Below are positions 59,863 to 64,000 of a DNA stretch of 64,000 nucleotides, in pieces. The DNA is from Calditrichaceae bacterium. Its GTDB lineage: Bacteria; Calditrichota; Calditrichia; Calditrichales; JBFXGD01. A program made the position numbers and the translations under genes. Location of the stretch: NCBI GenBank assembly GCA_050173015.1, contig JBFXLE010000023.1, forward strand, positions 1 through 64,000. Reading direction: 5' to 3'. The stretch's first letter is position 1, and the number at the start of each line of letters is the position of its first letter. The notes beneath the pieces are model-generated. The model did no database searches. It saw only the letters and a program-made list of their open reading frames with translations, and was not told the DNA's origin.

Positions 59863-62553
59863 ATGTCCGGATTTGGCTCCAAAATCTTTGGCAGCATGAA
59901 AATTGTTTCGAAATTCAGGTGGGTAGCCGCCGGTTTTTCCCTGCCTGTTATTATTTTACTATACCTCCTCATTTCGGAAAAAAATATCGCGATCGATTTT
60001 GCCAGGCAGGAACTCAAGGGAATTCAATATTTAAACTCGCTCTCCCGGTTCTCTCAAAATGTAACAAGTTATCAGAGTGTTTTAAAAATTGAACCTGAGG
60101 ACAGCCCGCAAAAAATCAATTCTATCGCCACCAGGATCAGCAATGATTTTACGACTTTGCGGCTTCTGGAATCAGATCCGGCATCTTCCCTTTATCTTGG
60201 CGCTCTCACTGACAGCCTTTCAAACTCATGGAACAACTTTTACGGCAGCCTTCCTGATACCGATCAGAAAAGCAGGTCCGTCAGAAACAAAAAATTACTC
60301 CGGCATTGGAAAAACGCCATTTCAACAACAGGAAATAAATCGAATCTTATTCTGGATCCTGACCTTGACAGCTTTTATCTCATTCATGTCGTCGTAAAAC
60401 TGATTCCCGAACAAATCATCCGCATACAGGATATACTTTTTTTTCGGATCAGTAAAAACACATCTACCGGGGATCCTTCATTTGGACAGGCTGAAATGCT
60501 TGTTTTCAGCGGATTAATCAATGCCAATATTAATGAAATGCGTGACGCGCTGGAAATTTCATACCTGCATAATCCGGACGGCAACGTAGAAGATTCCTTA
60601 AAATCAGTCTTTGAAACCGACTATCAGGCTGTTAGCTCTCTGCTCGCTGATGTCAGACAATCCGTAAAATCTGCGGTTTCCTTTGAAATCACTGATATTG
60701 AGAAATCATCTCTCTTCGCCATAGAGTCGGCCTATTCATTATGGGCCGCGGGATTGTCCCAACTGGAAATTCTTCTTCACAAAAGAATCCAAACTCTGAA
60801 CAGACGAAAAAATATCGCGCTTGGCGGGATTGCATCTATCCTGCTTTTGACCGGAATGCTCTTCTTTTTTGTATCAAAAAATATTGTGCTTTCCGTCGAA
60901 TCCCTTGATCAGGCAGCAATAAAGATTATCAAAGGTGATTTAGATGTATCCGTTGAGATACCGGCGGGCGATGAACTTGGCAATTTCGGCGAAAATTTCA
61001 ACCGTATGATCCGCGCGCTTTCGGGTTTGTTATCTAAAACCCATAATGATCTGTCACGTACCCAAAAAATGCTGGCATCTGTCATTGAGGATCATCGGGA
61101 AACGGAATCCGCCCTTATAAAATCCGAACTTTTATTTGATAATTTATGGGATATCTCCGAGGACGGAATGCGTCTGACTGATAATCATGGCAAAATACTC
61201 GCGGTTAATGATGCCATGTGCCGGATCGCGGGTCTCGAAAAAAAATATCTCGAAAACAACGTTTTTACGGTAATGTATCATGAAGATGAGAGAATAAATG
61301 ATCTGGCTGACTACCGGGACGCGATTGAAGAGAATTCGCTAAGCCCGCATTTTGAAGCTTTACGAACGCTATGGGACGGGAGAAAAATCTGGTTTGAATT
61401 TTCTAATTCTTTGTTACACCTTCCCGATTCAACCGTACTTGTATTGAGCATCATAAAAGATATCTCGGAACGGAAGAAATCCGAATTTGAACTGACGGAA
61501 AGCGAGAAAAAATTCCGGATGATCTTCAACAACGCCAATGATGCCGTTTTTGTCAGTCAGCTTACACCGGATGACCAGCCCGGCGAGTTCATAGAAGTGA
61601 ATGATATCGCCTGCCGCCGTTTGGGCTATTCAAAAGAGGAATTAATCAATCTTCCTCAGCAAACTATTTTCCCCCCGTCGCAAATAAATGAATTTGATCG
61701 GATTGTGAACAGGCTAAAAAAAGAGAGACATGTTATTTTTGAATCACTGCACCTGACAAAAGACCGGCGCCAAATCTCCGTCGAGATTTCATCCCATTTG
61801 TTCGAATTCAACGGCACTCCTACCGTTCTTTCTATTGCCCGGGATATCACTGAACGCAAACGCGCCGAGGAGAATCTTAAAAAAAGCGGCGAACAATTAA
61901 GAAATCTCGCGTCTCACCTGCAGACAATCCGCGAAGAGGAGCGCATCATGATCGCCCGGGAAATTCATGATGAACTAGGGCAGGTACTGACCGTTCTGAA
62001 AATTCAGCTTTCCCTTCTTTTGAATAAGCTGGATGGTGATAAATTTGAATTTAAGGATAAATTTGATTCAATCTCGAACCTGATTGATCAGGCGGTTGAA
62101 TCTGTCCAGCGGATTTCAACAAAACTCAGACCGGGAATTTTGGATGAGCTGGGTCTGATCCCTGCGATTGAATGGCAGGCCCAGGAATTTCAGGAAAAAA
62201 CAGGGATTATCTGTAAATGTTCTCTCCCCCCGGAAAATATATTGATTGATAAGACCAAATCCACGGCCATTTTCAGGATTTTTCAGGAGGCCCTTACAAA
62301 TGTCGCGCGTCACGCCAATGCCAAAAAAATATCTGTCATTTTTAAACAAGAGAACGGGCATCTTCAACTGGATATTACCGATAATGGTGATGGAATCTCC
62401 CAAAGTCAAATCAACGACGCGCGCTCCCTGGGGCTTCTTGGTATGAAAGAAAGGGCGGTTTTGCTCGGGGGCACCGTTCAGATTAACGGCGTTTCGGGGA
62501 AAGGGACAAATGTAAAAGTGATCATGCCTATTATGGATGGTCTAAAAACTTAA
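59863..62553 (+). CDS. Membrane sensor histidine kinase (extracytoplasmic domain, HAMP, 2 PAS, HisKA_3, HATPase)
   Basis: Two TMs, DELG..FNRM, DI(S/T)ERK x2, IAREIHDELGQ, EALTN, DNGDG, GLLGMKER. Confidence 0.92.
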   Translation: MSGFGSKIFGSMKIVSKFRWVAAGFSLPVIILLYLLISEKNIAIDFARQELKGIQYLNSLSRFSQNVTSYQSVLKIEPEDSPQKINSIATRISNDFTTLRLLESDPASSLYLGALTDSLSNSWNNFYGSLPDTDQKSRSVRNKKLLRHWKNAISTTGNKSNLILDPDLDSFYLIHVVVKLIPEQIIRIQDILFFRISKNTSTGDPSFGQAEMLVFSGLINANINEMRDALEISYLHNPDGNVEDSLKSVFETDYQAVSSLLADVRQSVKSAVSFEITDIEKSSLFAIESAYSLWAAGLSQLEILLHKRIQTLNRRKNIALGGIASILLLTGMLFFFVSKNIVLSVESLDQAAIKIIKGDLDVSVEIPAGDELGNFGENFNRMIRALSGLLSKTHNDLSRTQKMLASVIEDHRETESALIKSELLFDNLWDISEDGMRLTDNHGKILAVNDAMCRIAGLEKKYLENNVFTVMYHEDERINDLADYRDAIEENSLSPHFEALRTLWDGRKIWFEFSNSLLHLPDSTVLVLSIIKDISERKKSEFELTESEKKFRMIFNNANDAVFVSQLTPDDQPGEFIEVNDIACRRLGYSKEELINLPQQTIFPPSQINEFDRIVNRLKKERHVIFESLHLTKDRRQISVEISSHLFEFNGTPTVLSIARDITERKRAEENLKKSGEQLRNLASHLQTIREEERIMIAREIHDELGQVLTVLKIQLSLLLNKLDGDKFEFKDKFDSISNLIDQAVESVQRISTKLRPGILDELGLIPAIEWQAQEFQEKTGIICKCSLPPENILIDKTKSTAIFRIFQEALTNVARHANAKKISVIFKQENGHLQLDITDNGDGISQSQINDARSLGLLGMKERAVLLGGTVQINGVSGKGTNVKVIMPIMDGLKT

Positions 62554-62588
62554 TTGCTCTGTTTAACAATAAATCAAAGGCCGGATAG

Positions 62589-63224
62589 ATGATCGATATT
62601 CTCATTGCCGATGATCACGCGATTGTGCGTGAGGGACTAAAGCAAATCGTAGCCGAGGAAAAGAATATGCGGGTCGCCGGAGAAGCGTCCGATTCTATTG
62701 AATTATTTGATCTGCTCCGTAAACGGAAATGGAGCGTAATTATTCTCGATATAAATATGCCCGGCGAAAACGGACTCGAATCACTAAAAAAAATCAAAAT
62801 CGAGTTTCCTGATCTTCCGGTATTAATTGTCAGTATTTATGGAGAAGATCAGTACGGATTGAGAGCAATCAAGGCAGGCGCCGCGGGATATCTGAAAAAA
62901 GTGAGCGCCCCTGAAGAATTTGTCAACGCCATCAATAAAATAGTCAACGGAGGAAAATATATCAGCCCGGCTCTGGCTGAAAAATTAGCATACAATTTTG
63001 AAGCCAGCCATACTTCCAAACCGCATGAAGCGCTCTCCGATCGCGAATATCAGATCATGTGTCAGATTGCCGGGGGCAAATCGGCCGATGACATTGCCAA
63101 CGAATTATGTATTAGTATTCATACCGTTTACTCCTACCGAAACCGTATTTTTGAAAAAATGGACATGAAATCAAATGTGGAGCTGACCCAGTATGTGGTT
63201 CAGAACAAACTGATTGAAATGTAG
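62589..63224 (+). CDS. NarL/LuxR-family response regulator
   Basis: IADDH, LDINMP, LSDREY...HTH. Confidence 0.94.
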   Translation: MIDILIADDHAIVREGLKQIVAEEKNMRVAGEASDSIELFDLLRKRKWSVIILDINMPGENGLESLKKIKIEFPDLPVLIVSIYGEDQYGLRAIKAGAAGYLKKVSAPEEFVNAINKIVNGGKYISPALAEKLAYNFEASHTSKPHEALSDREYQIMCQIAGGKSADDIANELCISIHTVYSYRNRIFEKMDMKSNVELTQYVVQNKLIEM

Positions 63225-63474
63225 TCGCAAATCACCTCAAAATGCTGCTCTCATCATCAGGAATGGGATTAAGGGAAATTTTGCGCACTGCCGGTTCATT
63301 CCCTGAGTAACAAGGAACTCATCAAATATTTCTGAACGATGCATTCCTCATAGAATATTTTACTTTTCCAAACAAAACGGGGATATTGAACATAACTTTC
63401 GTCCAATCGCATTTTTCTCTTTTATCTTTTTTCTTAACCTTCCCACTTCTTACTTCCCACTTTTTTTCTTCTCC

Positions 63475-63578
63475 CTACTTTTTGAATGGCCAAAAAGTAG
63501 CAAAAAGCCCTGGCGAATTTTAACTCGTGTATCATTTATCTATTTTTAAATCTATTGCACTCGAACAGAAAATTCGCC
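63475..63578. repeat. MITE/REP-like palindromic element flanked by heptamer repeats
   Basis: CTACTTTTTG-AATGGC-CAAAAAGTAG hairpin and GGCGAATTTT (63512)/AAAATTCGCC (63569) inverted repeat. Confidence 0.6.
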
Positions 63579-63680
63579 CCGAAGAATTCCGCAACACAAT
63601 AGTTGAATCTGAAACTCTTTTCTCTTTTTTCTTTTATCTTTTATCTTTTTTCCTACTTCTTACTTCCAACTTCCTACTCA

Positions 63681-63938
63681 TCAATCCAGCTTTTTATCAT
63701 GCGCCAGCGCCGAGCCCGTTAATCCGATTGCCCACTTACCGTTAAAAACCACACCGAACCTGGCGTCCAGAAATCCTGAATTATCTGACATGATGGAGGT
63801 GGACATCCCCGATATTCCTGCATAGGCGCCGATCTGATTCTGATCCAGTGTCCAGATATAGTTGTTTTTTGTATCCTGACCGAAAATTGCTGTCGCAAAA
63901 CAAAGCAAACCGCTGATGATAAAAATTCTAGTCTTCAT
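63681..63938 (-). CDS. Short secreted protein, possibly a truncated beta-strand-rich outer-membrane gene
   Basis: AGGAG RBS, signal peptide, alternating beta-like residues; ends where the heptamer repeats begin. Confidence 0.55.
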   Translation of the reverse strand: MKTRIFIISGLLCFATAIFGQDTKNNYIWTLDQNQIGAYAGISGMSTSIMSDNSGFLDARFGVVFNGKWAIGLTGSALAHDKKLD

Positions 63939-64000
63939 GATGAAACTCCTTTAAAAATTTGATTAAACAGTTAATTTGGAAACGAATGGTTTATCTTCTT

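Noticed and set aside
63527-63745. 72-aa plus-strand ORF
   Set aside because: Runs through low-complexity heptamer repeats and is antisense to the signal-peptide gene

Overview
A 64 kb bacterial chromosomal window. Gene content and order suggest an FCB-related Gram-negative lineage such as Calditrichota (inference only). (1) Positions 1-7.4 kb form an AT-rich, minus-strand putative defence island: an RX4H HEPN-like gene, a 102-aa unknown gene and a TIR-domain gene sit upstream of a type III restriction-modification mod-res pair, and another gene runs off the left edge. (2) Positions 7503-8904 hold a non-coding tandem array of about 4.3 x 327 bp, built from 18 small REP-like palindromes (GCTCC-nnn-GGAGC) in inverted doublets and flanked by heptamer TACTTCY repeats. 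(3) Positions 8.9-29 kb are housekeeping and transport genes: dipeptidase, ABC/AGCS/NSS transporters, HAL2-like, suhB, prs, mutT-like, Nif3, TatT/TatP, SPFH-NfeD, serA and LD-carboxypeptidase. (4) purNH-mreBCD-mrdA-rodA converges, across tRNA-Val(CAC), on a dcw cluster running mraZ to ftsZ without murB or ddl. (5) gdh is followed by a 1063-aa PEP/pyruvate-binding ATP-grasp protein with a C-terminal GSX10DXD nucleotidyltransferase, a PAS/HisKA_3 kinase with a NarL-type regulator, and a MITE-like palindrome. The best candidates for something undescribed are the HEPN-small-TIR cassette beside the type III RM, the adjacent 327-bp structured array, and the GDH-linked ATP-grasp/nucleotidyltransferase fusion. 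All calls come from reading motifs by eye; no database searches were run.
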